Below, piece after piece: positions 22,391-34,231 of a stretch of 64,000 nucleotides of DNA. The notes under the pieces are model-generated. The model searched no databases and was not told where the DNA came from. It saw only the letters and a program-made list of their open reading frames with translations. The translations under genes and the position numbers were made by a program. The first letter of the stretch is position 1. The number at the start of each line of letters is the position of its first letter. Origin of the DNA: an uncultured delta proteobacterium (lineage in GTDB: Bacteria > Desulfobacterota > Binatia > UBA9968); NCBI GenBank assembly GCA_963745035.1, contig CAVUVW010000013.1:384001-448000 (forward strand). Direction: 5' to 3'.

Positions 22391-23341
22391 ATGGCCGCCT
22401 CGGTGACTGCCAGAGTCTTCTATGTAGCTACCTGGATCGGCATCAAAGCGGGGTGCCTGGCGGTGCGGTTTTTGCCGCGCCGGTGGCTGTTTTGGTTCTC
22501 CGATCTGCTGGCAGATATCGGCTTCTATTGTTGCCGAGACTTCCGGACTCGCTCCACAAAAAATCTTGCTGTGGCATTCGGTGAACGAGCGAGCGGCGCT
22601 AGCATCGACGAAATCGCACGCCGTTCGCTGAGAAATTTCTCGCGCAGTTGCATCGAAATAGGCCTGGCTCTGGAAGCGTCCGACGACGAATTGCGCGGCT
22701 TGATGTCGGTGACCGGAAGCGAGCATCTCGAGGCCGCGCTGGCGAAAGGCGCGGGCGTTATGGTCCTCAGCGCTCATCTGGGAAATTTCTTTCTCCTGGG
22801 ATCACGCCTAGCCGTCGATGGCTACAAAATTTCGGTGCTGGTGAATCCGCCAAAGGACAGCCGATTGGCAGAGCTCATGGACCGATATCGATTGCAGATC
22901 GGCCAGAGAACCATTCGTGCGCGGCCCAAGATGAAAGCGCTGGAAGAGCTTCATCAATCCATGCGCCGTAACGAGGTGGCGGTGCTGATCGCCGACGAAT
23001 ACCGCCGGACCAAGGGGATTGCGGTCTCGCTCTTCGGTAGGACGGTAATCGCGCGCCGCGGGCCGGCTACCGTAGCATTGAGAACTGGCGCGGCGATCGT
23101 CCCGGCGTGCATGATTCGCCAGCTCGATGGAACGCTGAAGCTGATCATCGAGCCCGAGTTGGAACTGGATCGCTCGGGCAAGAGCCGGGCGCAAATCGAG
23201 GCGATTATGGTAGGCATTACTCAATGGCTGGAGCGGACCGTGCGTGCTTATCCTGATCAATGGAACTGGATGAACATCCGCTGGTCGACGGCGCGCGAGC
23301 ACGAGACGGCGGCGCAAGAACCGGCGCATCAAGCACTGTAA
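22391..23341 (+). CDS. Lipid A lauroyl/lysophospholipid acyltransferase family (LpxL/HtrB-like)
   Basis: SAHLGNF and PDQWNWMNIRW motifs. Confidence 0.85.
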   Translation: MAASVTARVFYVATWIGIKAGCLAVRFLPRRWLFWFSDLLADIGFYCCRDFRTRSTKNLAVAFGERASGASIDEIARRSLRNFSRSCIEIGLALEASDDELRGLMSVTGSEHLEAALAKGAGVMVLSAHLGNFFLLGSRLAVDGYKISVLVNPPKDSRLAELMDRYRLQIGQRTIRARPKMKALEELHQSMRRNEVAVLIADEYRRTKGIAVSLFGRTVIARRGPATVALRTGAAIVPACMIRQLDGTLKLIIEPELELDRSGKSRAQIEAIMVGITQWLERTVRAYPDQWNWMNIRWSTAREHETAAQEPAHQAL

Positions 23342-23343
23342 CG

Positions 23344-24114
23344 ATGGAGAGAAAAGGGAGGTTTGAGGTGAAGAATGGCAAGAAAGATCTCGATGAATTG
23401 AAAAAAAAGGTCGCCCTGGGCAACCGCATCATGTTTTTCCAGGGTTTGGCCGATTACCACGGTCACGTGAGCGCGCGCATCCCGGGCACGAGAAAGTTTT
23501 TTATCAAGCCGGTGTTGGCGCCACTCGGCGAAATCGCCCCCAAACATATTATTCTCGTCGACATCGACGAATATATGAAGGTTTGCGAGCAGAATTACGC
23601 CAAGGCGGGCAATAAACGCGCGGTTACCAAGATCCCCACGCCGCCGCGCGAAACCATGATTCACGCGGCGATCTACAATGCCAGGCCGGACGTCAACTCG
23701 GTCGTGCACACGCATCAGACCGTCGCGACGGCATTCTCGGTCGCCGGCACGCCGATTCTACCGATCTACAATCAGGCTGCGGTCTTCGCTCCCGAGACGC
23801 CGATCTTTCCCAGTCCCCGGCTGATTTACACGATTCAGGACGGCAAAGAGATCTGCCAAACTTTGGGCGATCGCACGGCGATGCTGCTCAAAGGCCATGG
23901 CATTGTTGTATGCGGCGATAGCTTGGAATATGCTACGGTTCACGCGATCTACCTGGAGCGCACGGCCTATATGCAGTTCATCGCGAGCTGCGTCGGCAAG
24001 CCCGCGATCATGCCGCAGACGGAAATCGACTACATGAAAGAGAACATGATGTACCGTTCCTACGACGCCTTTGCCTATTTCAAATCGCTCTTGCCGAAGA
24101 GCGCGCGCCTGTAG
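23344..24114 (+). CDS. Class II aldolase/adducin family protein
   Basis: GHVSAR, IHAAIYNARPDVNSVVHTH and LLKGHG. Confidence 0.88.
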   Translation: MERKGRFEVKNGKKDLDELKKKVALGNRIMFFQGLADYHGHVSARIPGTRKFFIKPVLAPLGEIAPKHIILVDIDEYMKVCEQNYAKAGNKRAVTKIPTPPRETMIHAAIYNARPDVNSVVHTHQTVATAFSVAGTPILPIYNQAAVFAPETPIFPSPRLIYTIQDGKEICQTLGDRTAMLLKGHGIVVCGDSLEYATVHAIYLERTAYMQFIASCVGKPAIMPQTEIDYMKENMMYRSYDAFAYFKSLLPKSARL

Positions 24115-24146
24115 AATCGTCAAATCTGCAATCGAAGGAGAAATCC

Positions 24147-25733
24147 ATGGCTAAACGAGAAGAAAAAGCGACCGAATCCAAGGGGCCGATCCAGGATTTG
24201 CGCGAGTGGCTCGACCGCGTCGAAGGACTGGGCGACCTGGTGCGGGTCAAGGAAGCGGTGAGCTGCGAAGAAGAGATGAGCGCCATCGGTTATCTCGTCG
24301 CCAAGCAGAAGCCCTCGCCGGCGATTCTTTTCGACAACATCAAAGGCTTCGAAAAAAGCCCGTACAAGGCGCGCTCGTTGTGGAATATCCTGGGGCCGAG
24401 TATCCCGCGCATCGCTTTGACCATGGAGGAAGCGCCGGACACGCCGACGGTCGAGCTGATCCGCCGCGTCAAAGACAAACTCAAAAATCGCATGGCGCCG
24501 CGCGAGGTGCCGCCGTCCCAGGCCGGCTTTTACCAAAATACTTTGACCGGTGATCAGATCGATCTGACCCAGTTGCCGATCCCGCGCCACTGGCCGTTGG
24601 ACGGCGGCAACTACGCCGGAACGGCGGACTGCGTCATCACCCGTGACCCCGACTCCGGCTATTTGAACGTCGGCACGTATCGGATGATGCTTCAGGGCAA
24701 GCGTGAAACCGGACTCTATTTGTCGCCGGGAAAAGACGCGCGCCTGCATATTACCCGCTCATGGCAGCAAGGAAAGCCGGTGGAAGTGGCCGCCGCCTGG
24801 GGCATTGATCCGTTGTTCATGGTGGTCGGCTCGCAGACTTTTCCGAAGAACGTTTCGGAGTATGAGTTCCTCGGCGGTATCAAGGGCGAGCCGATTCCCG
24901 TGGTCAAGGGCAAGACGACAAATCTATTGCTGCCGGCCAACGCGGAGTTCATGGTCGAAGGCATCATCAAGCCGAACTCGGTGAAGAGTGAAGGCCCATT
25001 CGGCGAATTTCCCGGCTACTATGGCCGGCCCGAGGCTGGCTGCCCGCTGGTCGAAATTACCGCAGTGCATTACCGCACGAATCCCATTTTGACCAATGCC
25101 CTGATGGCGGATTATCCGTCCAACGAGCAAAGCGGCTTTTTCTCGATTATCCGCTCGGCGCGCATCTGGGACGATCTGGAAAAACTCGGCATACCGGGCA
25201 TTCAGGGAGTGTATGCCCATCCCGCCGGCGCGGGCGGCTTCGGCATGACCGTGATCGCTCTCGAGCAGCGCTATGCCGGACATGCGGCGCAATCCTTGGC
25301 TTTGGCGGCTCAAGTCCCCGGCGGCGCTTACTACACGAAATGGATCATCGCCGTCGACGAAGACATCGATCCGACCGACATGGACCAAGTCATCTGGGCG
25401 ATGAGCAGCCGCTGCAATCCAATCGACGATATCGATATCTTGAGAAATACCTGGAGCACATGGCTCGACCCCACGCAGAACCCACCCGAGAAGCGGCCCT
25501 ACGGCTCCAAAGCGCTGATCAACGCGTGCAAGGAGCATCGTTACCTACCGGTCTTCTCAAAGCGTACCGCGCTGCGACGGGAAATGTACGACCAGGTTGC
25601 CGCCCAATGGAAAAGGCTCGGGCTCCCTGGTCAAGTACCGTCGGTGCGAGCTTTCGAAGAGGAAAAGAAGGTTGTCTACCACGAGGTCGGCGGCTTTGAA
25701 CCGGGAAAACAGCCGGGCGAAGAGAAAAAATAA
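24147..25733 (+). CDS. UbiD family decarboxylase
   Basis: LNVGTYR, EGPFGEFPGYY and IAVDEDID; intact 528 aa. Confidence 0.92.
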   Translation: MAKREEKATESKGPIQDLREWLDRVEGLGDLVRVKEAVSCEEEMSAIGYLVAKQKPSPAILFDNIKGFEKSPYKARSLWNILGPSIPRIALTMEEAPDTPTVELIRRVKDKLKNRMAPREVPPSQAGFYQNTLTGDQIDLTQLPIPRHWPLDGGNYAGTADCVITRDPDSGYLNVGTYRMMLQGKRETGLYLSPGKDARLHITRSWQQGKPVEVAAAWGIDPLFMVVGSQTFPKNVSEYEFLGGIKGEPIPVVKGKTTNLLLPANAEFMVEGIIKPNSVKSEGPFGEFPGYYGRPEAGCPLVEITAVHYRTNPILTNALMADYPSNEQSGFFSIIRSARIWDDLEKLGIPGIQGVYAHPAGAGGFGMTVIALEQRYAGHAAQSLALAAQVPGGAYYTKWIIAVDEDIDPTDMDQVIWAMSSRCNPIDDIDILRNTWSTWLDPTQNPPEKRPYGSKALINACKEHRYLPVFSKRTALRREMYDQVAAQWKRLGLPGQVPSVRAFEEEKKVVYHEVGGFEPGKQPGEEKK

Positions 25734-25743
25734 TCCTTTGCAC

Positions 25744-25774
25744 TCAGGGGCGGCGCTTAGCATCGCGCCCCTGA
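25744..25774 (+). terminator. GC-rich hairpin after ubiD (no clear U tract)
   Basis: TCAGGGGCG ... CGCCCCTGA. Confidence 0.45.
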
Positions 25775-25874
25775 AGACCGCTTTATCATCTAGCCGATCC
25801 GCGATACACGCCTTAAACCGGTCGCCCGGCGCGCTCGGCATTAAATCATCTCTGACGGAAGAGTTTTAATCCGC

Positions 25875-25937
25875 AAAATACGGCAAGACCTCAGCGGCTT
25901 GTAATCCAAGCCTCCTGAGGTCTTGCCGGTGTATTTG
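25875..25937 (-). terminator. Long hairpin/terminator downstream of glnB
   Basis: CGGCAAGACCTCAG-CGGCTTG...CAAGCC-TC-CTGAGGTCTTGCCG, followed on the minus strand by TATTTT. Confidence 0.6.
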
Positions 25938-25958
25938 TTAAATCTGAAGGGTAGGCAG

Positions 25959-26312
<354 letters not shown>

Positions 26313-26370
26313 TTAAGCGATGTGGGGCGTGGTCGCTCCGCTGAGCGGCCATCAACAACCAGTTACTTCA

Positions 26371-27783
26371 TCAGATATCGAAATACAGAGCGAACTCCCA
26401 GGGATGGGGTCGAAGCCGGATGGCATCGACCTCATGTTTTCTCTTGTACTCGAGCCAGGTCTCGATCACGTCTTTGGTAAACACATCTCCTTTGAGCAAA
26501 AAGTCATGATCCTTCTCCAATGCATCTAAGGCCTGGTCCAAAGACCCCGGCATCGATTTCACCTTGGCGGCTTCCTCCGGCTCCAACTCGTATAAGTTCT
26601 TGTCGATCGGCTTGGGCGGCTCGATCTTGTTCCGTATTCCGTCGATCCCCGCCATCAGCATGGCGGGAAAGGCAAAGTACGGATTGCAGCTCGGGTCGGG
26701 GGTCCTGAACTCTAACCGCTTGGCCTTCTCGCTGGTGGAGTACATCGGTATCCTGACACAGGCGCTGCGGTTTCGTGCCGAATAAACCAGGTTGATCGGC
26801 GCTTCGTAGCCGGGAACCAGTCTCCGGTATGAATTGGTCGTGGGCGCGATAAAGCCGCACAGCGCATGGGCGTGTTTGATCAATCCGCCGATGTAGTATC
26901 TCGCCGTGTCGCTGATGAGCCCGTAGCCCTTCTTATCATAAAAAAGATTCTTCCCGCCTTTCCATAGACTCTGATGGCAGTGCATGCCGGAGCCGTTGTC
27001 TTGAAACAGTGGCTTGGGCATGACCGTGACGACCTTGCCTCTTTTCCTGGCGGTGTTCTTGACGACGTACTTATAGAGCAAAACCTTGTCGGCCATCTTG
27101 GTCATGGTGTCGAAGCGCATGTCGATCTCGGTCTGGCCGGCGGTGGCGACTTCGTGATGGTGCACCTCGACGGTGATGCCGCATTTCTGTAAATTTAACA
27201 CCATCTCGGATCTTAGATCCTGGTACTGATCGCTGGGGGAGACCGGGAAATAGCCTTCTTTGTAGCGGATCTTGTTGCCTAGGTTAGGCCCTTCTTTGCC
27301 GGAGTTCCAAAACCCTTCTTCGGAGTCGATATGATAGTACCCTTCGTGGTGGTTCTGGTCGAACCGGATACTGTCGAAAATAAAAAACTCGATCTCGGGG
27401 CCCCAGTAACTGATATCGGCCATGCCGCTCGATTTCAGATACTTCTCGGCTTTCTGGGTGACGTAGCGCGGGTCGCGGCTGTAGGGCTCGCGGGTGATGG
27501 CGTCCAAAACATTACAGATAAAGCTGATCGTGGAATGCTCGGTGAACGGATCCATCATCGCCGTCTCCGCGTCCGGCAACAAAATCATGTCGGATTCGTT
27601 GATCGACTGAAACCCTCGGATGCTCGATCCGTCGAATCCCAACCCTTGCTCGAATACCTCGGCCGATAGTTCCGTTGCCGGAATGGAAAAATGCTGCCAC
27701 AACCCGGGCACGTCAATAAACTTCAAATCCACAATCTCCGCTTTATTTTTCTTCGCCATCTCTAAGGCGTCTTTCACGGACAT
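26371..27783 (-). CDS. glnA: Glutamine synthetase type I
   Basis: [29 protein letters not shown] and adenylylation site KNLYEL. Confidence 0.97.
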   Translation of the reverse strand: MSVKDALEMAKKNKAEIVDLKFIDVPGLWQHFSIPATELSAEVFEQGLGFDGSSIRGFQSINESDMILLPDAETAMMDPFTEHSTISFICNVLDAITREPYSRDPRYVTQKAEKYLKSSGMADISYWGPEIEFFIFDSIRFDQNHHEGYYHIDSEEGFWNSGKEGPNLGNKIRYKEGYFPVSPSDQYQDLRSEMVLNLQKCGITVEVHHHEVATAGQTEIDMRFDTMTKMADKVLLYKYVVKNTARKRGKVVTVMPKPLFQDNGSGMHCHQSLWKGGKNLFYDKKGYGLISDTARYYIGGLIKHAHALCGFIAPTTNSYRRLVPGYEAPINLVYSARNRSACVRIPMYSTSEKAKRLEFRTPDPSCNPYFAFPAMLMAGIDGIRNKIEPPKPIDKNLYELEPEEAAKVKSMPGSLDQALDALEKDHDFLLKGDVFTKDVIETWLEYKRKHEVDAIRLRPHPWEFALYFDI

Positions 27784-27865
27784 TACTTTGCTCTCCTCTC
27801 CCTTACTGGTTGTTAAATTCTACGCCGCAAAATTGGTTATCACATTCTAAATTGCAGAGCCACTC

Positions 27866-29266
27866 TTATTCGTAGGCCCGCTCGTTATGCTGGCTCAAAT
27901 CCAAGCCCATGCGCTCGTCGTCAAGAGCCACGCGCAGCCCCATGATGGCCTTCACGATTGAAAGCAAGATATAGGTCCCCACAATAGCTAAAACCAGGGT
28001 GGCAACTACCGAGACGAACTGAACCCAAAGCTGTCCCGGGTTGCCGAAGAACAGGCCGTCGTTTCCAGCAGCATTGATCGCCTTTGACGCGAAGAGCCCG
28101 GTCGCAAGCGCTCCCCAGGTGCCGCCGACCCCGTGCACACCCACAACGTCGAGGGAGTCGTCATATCCGAGTTTCGGCTTCAAGCTACAAGCCATCGAGC
28201 AGAGAACACCGCCGACGATGCCGATAATGATCGCCGAGCCGGGGCCGACGAACCCCGCTCCAGGAGTGATCGCAACCAGCCCGGCTACGGCGCCGCTGGC
28301 AGCCCCCAGAACCGTCGGTTTATCGCGGACGATCCAATCCATAGCGAGCCAGGAAAGCGCTGCAGCAGCTGCAGCGAGGTGAGTCGCGACAAAGGCCGAA
28401 GTTGCCAAGCCGTCGGCGGCCAGCGCGCTACCGGCATTAAAGCCAAACCAGCCTACCCACAGTAAGCCGGCGCCAATGACGCTGAACGGAAGATTATGGG
28501 GCGGCATGGCTTCTTGGCCATAGCCGATGCGCTTGCCGCACATGACAGCGGCCACTAATGCAGAAGCGCCGGAGCTGATGTGCACCACCGTGCCGCCGGC
28601 GAAATCCAGCGCGCCCATCTCACGCATCCATCCTTTGACGCCCCAAACCCAATGCGCCAAGGGATCGTAAATAAAGGTCGCCCAGAGCAGGATGAAGACG
28701 AGAAAGGAGCTGAATTTGATGCGCTCGGCGAATGCGCCGGTGATCAATGCCGGGGTAATGATCGCGAACATCATTTGAAAGATCATGAACGCGCCGTGCG
28801 GAATCGTCGCGGCATAATCGGCGTTCGGTTCGGCACCGACGCCCTTCAAACCGAGCCAACTAAAATCGCCGATGATACCGCCCACATCCACGCCAAAGGC
28901 CAGGGTATAGCCCCAGAGCGCCCACTGAATGCTGATGAGACCGACGATGATGAAGCTGTGCATGATGGTGCCGAGCACGTTCTTGCGCCGGACCAACCCG
29001 CCATAGAAGAGAAAAAGCCCGGGAATGGTCATCATCAAAACCAAAGCGGAAGAGGTGAGGATCCACGCGGTATCGCCTTTGTCGATCTTCGGCGGCGTAG
29101 CGGGGGCAGCCGGCGCCGGCGTGGGAGCATCGCTCGGCGCCACCACCGCCGGAGCAGGAACCCCTCCTTGAGGGGTTTCCTGGGCCAACGTAATACGCGG
29201 CGCGAACAACCCAACCAGAAACAAAAGGCATAGGAGCACAGTCCAGCTTCTTTGGCGTGCAGTCAC
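27866..29266 (-). CDS. amtB: Ammonium transporter
   Basis: DFAGGTVVH, WFGFNAGS and DDSLDVVGVHG. Confidence 0.96.
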   Translation of the reverse strand: MTARQRSWTVLLCLLFLVGLFAPRITLAQETPQGGVPAPAVVAPSDAPTPAPAAPATPPKIDKGDTAWILTSSALVLMMTIPGLFLFYGGLVRRKNVLGTIMHSFIIVGLISIQWALWGYTLAFGVDVGGIIGDFSWLGLKGVGAEPNADYAATIPHGAFMIFQMMFAIITPALITGAFAERIKFSSFLVFILLWATFIYDPLAHWVWGVKGWMREMGALDFAGGTVVHISSGASALVAAVMCGKRIGYGQEAMPPHNLPFSVIGAGLLWVGWFGFNAGSALAADGLATSAFVATHLAAAAAALSWLAMDWIVRDKPTVLGAASGAVAGLVAITPGAGFVGPGSAIIIGIVGGVLCSMACSLKPKLGYDDSLDVVGVHGVGGTWGALATGLFASKAINAAGNDGLFFGNPGQLWVQFVSVVATLVLAIVGTYILLSIVKAIMGLRVALDDERMGLDLSQHNERAYE

Positions 29267-29337
29267 GAGCCGATCCTCCTCAAATCTTTGGAGTAAATGA
29301 GCAATGCTCAGCTAACGGCGCAGTCTGGGATTATTTG

Positions 29338-29353
29338 AGCAACCGTTATGCCA
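29338..29353 (-). promoter_or_regulatory. Sigma-54 (-24/-12) promoter of amtB-glnA-glnB
   Basis: Minus strand TGGCATAACGGTTGCT matches TGGC-N7-TTGC. Confidence 0.85.
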
Positions 29354-29380
29354 TCTGCCGCTCGGGAAATATTCACGCAT

Positions 29381-29393
29381 TATCAGTGGTTTA
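29381..29393 (+). promoter_or_regulatory. Putative IHF site
   Basis: TATCAGTGGTTTA matches WATCARNNNNTTR and lies between the enhancer and the sigma54 site. Confidence 0.6.
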
Positions 29394-29425
29394 ATTAGCG
29401 ATGGCCGGCGCGATGCGCATGTCTA

Positions 29426-29461
29426 TGCATAATAAATAAGCAAGCGCCTAAATATAGTGCA
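29426..29461. promoter_or_regulatory. Tandem NtrC-like enhancer boxes
   Basis: TGCATAATAAATAAGCA (29426-29442) and CGCCTAAATATAGTGCA (29445-29461) resemble TGCACCAWWWTGGTGCA. Confidence 0.7.
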
Positions 29462-29555
29462 GATGATTCGGCGCTCGAGTCGCTCGCGAATGGGCGAATG
29501 GTAGTCGCTCTAGGATGAATGGTGGTCTTTTAAGTCAGGAATAGCTGAGCAAACA

Positions 29556-30494
29556 TCAGACAGCTGGCGCTACTTCGGGAGGCAGCGCGAAATGGATATT
29601 TTCTTCGATAAACCCCAAGTGGCCGATCTCGGCGCCCATCTGTTTGAAATATTCCGCTGTTTCCTCCACCAAGTGCTCCGGCACCGACGCTCCAGAGGTG
29701 ATGCCGACGCGCTTCACTCGGCGCAGCCACTCCGGTTCGATCGATCGATGATCGTCGATCAGATAAGCGCTCTTGCCCTGGGCTCGGGCGACATTACAAA
29801 GCTGGTTTGAATTCTCGCTATTGCGCGAGCCGATGACGAGCACCAGATCGACCTCCTTACTGAGTTGCTTCACGGCATCCTGCCGATTTTGGGTGGCGTA
29901 GCAGATATCCTCTTTGGCCGCGGTGATGAGCCTGGGAAATCGCTCTTTCAAAATCTCGATGATTTCACGGGTATCATCAACGCTGAGCGTGGTTTGGGTC
30001 AACGCGACGACCTTTTCCGGATTCTGCACTTGAACGGCGCGCGCATCGTCAGCGTTGCCGACGATGCGAATGCGTGCCGGCGCTTCGCCGCTCGTGCCGA
30101 CGATCTCATCGTGTTTCTCGTGACCGACAAGGATTATCCAGTAACCCTGTGTTGCGAACTTGCGCACCTCGCGATGAACTTTTTCCACCAACGGGCAGGT
30201 CGCGTCGATAATGAGCTGGAGATGCTTTTCCTTGGCTTGGTGCCAAATATCCGGCGCGACGCCATGGGCGCTGAATATCAGGCGCGCGCCGGCGGGCACT
30301 TCCGCGATCGATTGCACGAAGCGGACACCGCGCCTGGAGAAATCGGCGACGACATGCTGGTTATGCACGATTTCATGAAACACGTAGATCGGCGCGCCGT
30401 GGCGCTTGAGCGCGCGCTCGACGGTTTCGATCGCCATCTCGACTCCGGCGCAAAAACCGCGGGGCTTGGCCAGTATGACTTTCTCGATGGGCAT
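29556..30494 (-). CDS. ispH: 4-hydroxy-3-methylbut-2-enyl diphosphate reductase
   Basis: PRGFCAGV, DATCPLV and DICYATQNRQ. Confidence 0.95.
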   Translation of the reverse strand: MPIEKVILAKPRGFCAGVEMAIETVERALKRHGAPIYVFHEIVHNQHVVADFSRRGVRFVQSIAEVPAGARLIFSAHGVAPDIWHQAKEKHLQLIIDATCPLVEKVHREVRKFATQGYWIILVGHEKHDEIVGTSGEAPARIRIVGNADDARAVQVQNPEKVVALTQTTLSVDDTREIIEILKERFPRLITAAKEDICYATQNRQDAVKQLSKEVDLVLVIGSRNSENSNQLCNVARAQGKSAYLIDDHRSIEPEWLRRVKRVGITSGASVPEHLVEETAEYFKQMGAEIGHLGFIEENIHFALPPEVAPAV

Positions 30495-30546
30495 AATCAC
30501 CTGCAAGTCTGGAGGAAACGTCAAACCGTGTCAAATCGCGAGACGC

Positions 30547-31634
30547 CTACTTGGCGCCGTGGTCAAGCAGTCCCAGAAGGTCTTGCGCCGCTTTCTGCGC
30601 GCCGTCGAGTTCGGTGGCTTGCCAATTCCGCTCCTTCTCGAGCAGGCGCCCGAGATACGGTCGCAGGTTGCCGGATCGCAGCGCCTCCTGAGGAATGAAT
30701 TCTGCGGTCGCGAGATCGTTCAACGCTCGCACGAGAAAAGGATATTCCGGAAACTCGCCTCGCTCCGTGTAGAGAATCGGCACATGATGCGCGAGCACAT
30801 CGGCGACAATGCCGTATCCTGGTTTGGTGACGACGACATCGACAGCGCGCAGCAGATCTTCATAGCGCCGCTGCGGGCCCTCTAAGATATGAAAGTTGTC
30901 CTCCGAGACCGGCCCGCGCCGGTTGCCACGAAATGGAACTCGGTCATTTCATGCAGCCGTTTTAGGGGCAACGCATCGAGGCCGATGCCGCCGAAACTCA
31001 GAAGCACGAGCGTACCGGTGCGCGGCAAGCCGAACGCCGCCCGTGCTTGAGACTGCGTCAGGGACGAGCGTCGCGCGATCCAAGGAATCGGTTGGCGACG
31101 GGGAAACATGCTCATGTCGCACGGATAGGGAAGAGTGAGCGCCGTCGTCGCCTTGCCGTAAAATTGCGTCATCTTTTCGATGAGCGGAATGAATTCCGGA
31201 TATGCGCCGGCGTAGGCGCGATAGATCACATCCCAGGTAAAGTTGGTGATCGCCGCTGCCGGAATCTTTGCTCGCGCCGCGATCTCGAAGCAAGCCGGCG
31301 GTATATCACCGACGATCAAGTCGATTTTTTGTGCTTGGACGAAGTCGATTTCCTGCTCTATCAAGAGCGGCAGGCGATGATGAAGATCTCGGCACGCTGC
31401 CAGCGTCGCCGCCAGATCCATGCGCAAACTGTCCGGCTGAATTACCCCGACGTCGGTCGACTGGCAAGTAAACAGGACGGGCCTCGGCAGATTGGAAAAA
31501 AGCCAATCCGGAGCGGAGGTCCGGACATGAATTCGGATATCCGGCGACGCTTCTTGCAGCGCGCGTATCACCTGATGGGAGCGAACCGCGTGGCCATAGC
31601 CATGCCCGCTAATATAGTAGAGAATTGATCTCAA
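30547..31634 (-). CDS. GT-B fold glycosyltransferase-like protein, frameshift near 30900
   Basis: YYISGHGYGHAVR, VGDIPP and SFGG; after the shift VVTKPGYGIV...RGEFPEYPFL. Confidence 0.75.
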
Positions 31635-31722
31635 AGCGGCTTTGATTGTATGAAGACTAGGAAAGTACGCTAGAGAGCGCGCCGGCGAATGTCAACAATC
31701 CGCGGCGCAGAGGAGAAAAACA

Positions 31723-31926
31723 ATGACCGGAACGATCAAAAAAATTGTCCGCCAAAAAGGCTTCGGTTTCATCAAGCCCGATGACGGCAGCGAGGACGTT
31801 TTCTTCCATCGCGGTAGCCTTGCGCCGCGCAATCAGATTGAGGACTTGAACGAGGGCGACACAGTACAGTTTCAGGTGCGAAAAGGGGATAAGGGTCCGG
31901 TCGCCCTGGACTTGAAGATGCGCTAA
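31723..31926 (+). CDS. Cold shock domain protein
   Basis: KGFGFI and DVFFH RNP motifs; GAGGAG RBS. Confidence 0.92.
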   Translation: MTGTIKKIVRQKGFGFIKPDDGSEDVFFHRGSLAPRNQIEDLNEGDTVQFQVRKGDKGPVALDLKMR

Positions 31927-32116
31927 TCTTTTCACGTCGTGTGCCGCGGTCGTTTTCTGTCGCCTTGAGAAGCCGGCTTTTCAGTGCTGCTTCATCCTCG
32001 CTGCCTTATCCGCGCTAATCAAAATTCCCTGATCGTCATTTTATTGCTCCGCCGTTCGTATCGACACCTGCCGGTTTATGTTAGCGTGAAACTAACTATC
32101 GGAAGGCGGACGCGCC

Positions 32117-34183
32117 ATGGAACACAAGCACACCAACCGGCTGAGCCGCGAGACCAGTCCCTATTTGCTGCAGCATGCCCATAACCCCGTCGACTGGTAT
32201 CCGTGGAGCGAAGAAGCTTTCGCGAAGGCCCAGCAGGAAAACAAACCGATTCTTCTGAGCATCGGCTACTCGGCCTGCCACTGGTGTCATGTGATGGAGC
32301 ATGAGTCGTTCGAGAACGAAAAAATCGCCGCGCTCATGAACGAGCTCTTCGTCAATATCAAAGTCGATCGCGAAGAGCGTCCCGATCTGGATGAAATCTA
32401 TATGAACGCCGTGCAGATGCTTACGGGCCGGGGCGGTTGGCCGATGACGATGTTTCTCACCCCCGATCGTAAACCCTTTTACGGCGGCACCTATTTTCCG
32501 CCGGAAGACCGCCAAGGGATGCCGGGTTTTCCGCGTGTTCTGATGGGCGTTTCCCAGGCCTACCGCGACCGCCCCGAGGACGTCGAGAAAAGCGTTACCC
32601 AGATCTTGGCGGCCTTGCAGCGCATGTCGGAATCACAGGAAACGACGAAGGACTTTTCCAAGTCGATCATCGCCGAGGGCGCTGATAAGGTCGCCCGCGC
32701 TTACGACGCCGATAACGGCGGTCTGGGACAGGCGCCCAAATTTCCCAACCCCGGCGTTTACGAGCTCTTTCTACGCCATTATTCGCGCTCCAAAGATGCG
32801 CGCTTTTTGGAAATGGTCGTTCATACGCTCACGAAAATGGCCCAAGGCGGAATATACGATCATCTGGGCGGGGGGTTTCATCGCTATTCAGTCGATGCCA
32901 AATGGCTCGTTCCCCATTTCGAGAAAATGCTCTACGACAACGCCCAACTCGTGCGTATTTACGCTCACGCCTATACGATCACTCGTGAACCGCTCTTCAA
33001 ATCGGTCGTCGATGAAACGGTAGCTTATCTGCTGCGCGAAATGCTTCACCGTGAAGGCGGCTTTTATTCCACTCAAGATGCCGACAGCGAAGGCGAAGAA
33101 GGAAAGTTTTTCGTCTGGACGGAAGATGAAGTTAAGCGGGTGCTCGGTGAAGCAGACGCCGAGATTTTTTGCCGCGTGTACGACGTGGGCGAGCCGGGAA
33201 ATTTCGAAGGTAAGAGCATTCTCCATCCCATTCTCACCGTCGAGCAGGCCAGCAAGCTGTTTCGCAGGGACCCGGCAGAAATCGAAGCGCTTGTTGCTAA
33301 TGCCAAGCGCAAACTCTTCGGAGAGAGAGAAAAGCGCATCAAGCCGTTCCGCGATGAAAAAATTATCACTGCATGGAATGGGCTGATGCTCTCGGGGCTC
33401 GCCGAAGCGATCAAGGTCTCGAACAGTCCTGGGGCGATCGACGCAGCAAAACAGACTGTCGACTTTATTTTCGCGAAAATGTTCCGGGACGGGTTCTTGT
33501 TCCACACCTACAAAGACGGGCAAGCCAAATTTTTCGGCTATCTCGACGATTATTCGTTTCTTGCCATTGGGCTTCTAGATCTCTACGAAGCTGTATTCGA
33601 TCGGGACTATTTGGATCGAGCGGTCCAGCTTGCGGACGTTATGCTCAGCGAGTTTTGGGACGAGCGCGGCGGCGGCTTTTTCTTCACGGGGAAGTCGCAC
33701 GAGCAACTGATTAGCCGCGCCAAGCCCATTTTTGACGCGTCGGTTCCATCTGGGAACGCGATGGCAACCCAGCTCCTGCTTCGTCTGCATCACTTCACCG
33801 GCAAGGAAGTCTATCGTGCCCGCGCCGAGAAAGTTCTGCGATCGTACTATGACGCAATGGAAAGCCAGCCTTTTGGCTTTGCCCACATGCTTTGCGCCGT
33901 GGATTTCTATATTACAGGAGCACAAGAGATCGTGATCGTCGGCAATGCGCCCGAAACGGCTGCGCAGGAATTGATTACGGCAATCCATTCGCTCTATCTA
34001 CCCAACAAAGTCATCCAATTCGCCGCACCGGGTAGTTCCCTCGCTCAAATTTCGCCGCTGCTCGAAAGGAAAACCCAAATCGACGGCAAACCCACTGTTT
34101 ACGTGTGCAGAAATTTCACCTGCTCGGCGCCGGTAACGAACGCCAGTGAAGTGAAGGCCTTGCTGGAAAGTAACGCCTCTTGA
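32117..34183 (+). CDS. Thioredoxin domain-containing protein (YyaL/SSP411, DUF255 family)
   Basis: [21 protein letters not shown] and [13 protein letters not shown]. Confidence 0.93.
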   Translation: MEHKHTNRLSRETSPYLLQHAHNPVDWYPWSEEAFAKAQQENKPILLSIGYSACHWCHVMEHESFENEKIAALMNELFVNIKVDREERPDLDEIYMNAVQMLTGRGGWPMTMFLTPDRKPFYGGTYFPPEDRQGMPGFPRVLMGVSQAYRDRPEDVEKSVTQILAALQRMSESQETTKDFSKSIIAEGADKVARAYDADNGGLGQAPKFPNPGVYELFLRHYSRSKDARFLEMVVHTLTKMAQGGIYDHLGGGFHRYSVDAKWLVPHFEKMLYDNAQLVRIYAHAYTITREPLFKSVVDETVAYLLREMLHREGGFYSTQDADSEGEEGKFFVWTEDEVKRVLGEADAEIFCRVYDVGEPGNFEGKSILHPILTVEQASKLFRRDPAEIEALVANAKRKLFGEREKRIKPFRDEKIITAWNGLMLSGLAEAIKVSNSPGAIDAAKQTVDFIFAKMFRDGFLFHTYKDGQAKFFGYLDDYSFLAIGLLDLYEAVFDRDYLDRAVQLADVMLSEFWDERGGGFFFTGKSHEQLISRAKPIFDASVPSGNAMATQLLLRLHHFTGKEVYRARAEKVLRSYYDAMESQPFGFAHMLCAVDFYITGAQEIVIVGNAPETAAQELITAIHSLYLPNKVIQFAAPGSSLAQISPLLERKTQIDGKPTVYVCRNFTCSAPVTNASEVKALLESNAS

Positions 34184-34231
34184 AGTGACTGCAGAACAAT
34201 CAGTCTGCTATGGAGTTTTCTCTGCAGCCTG

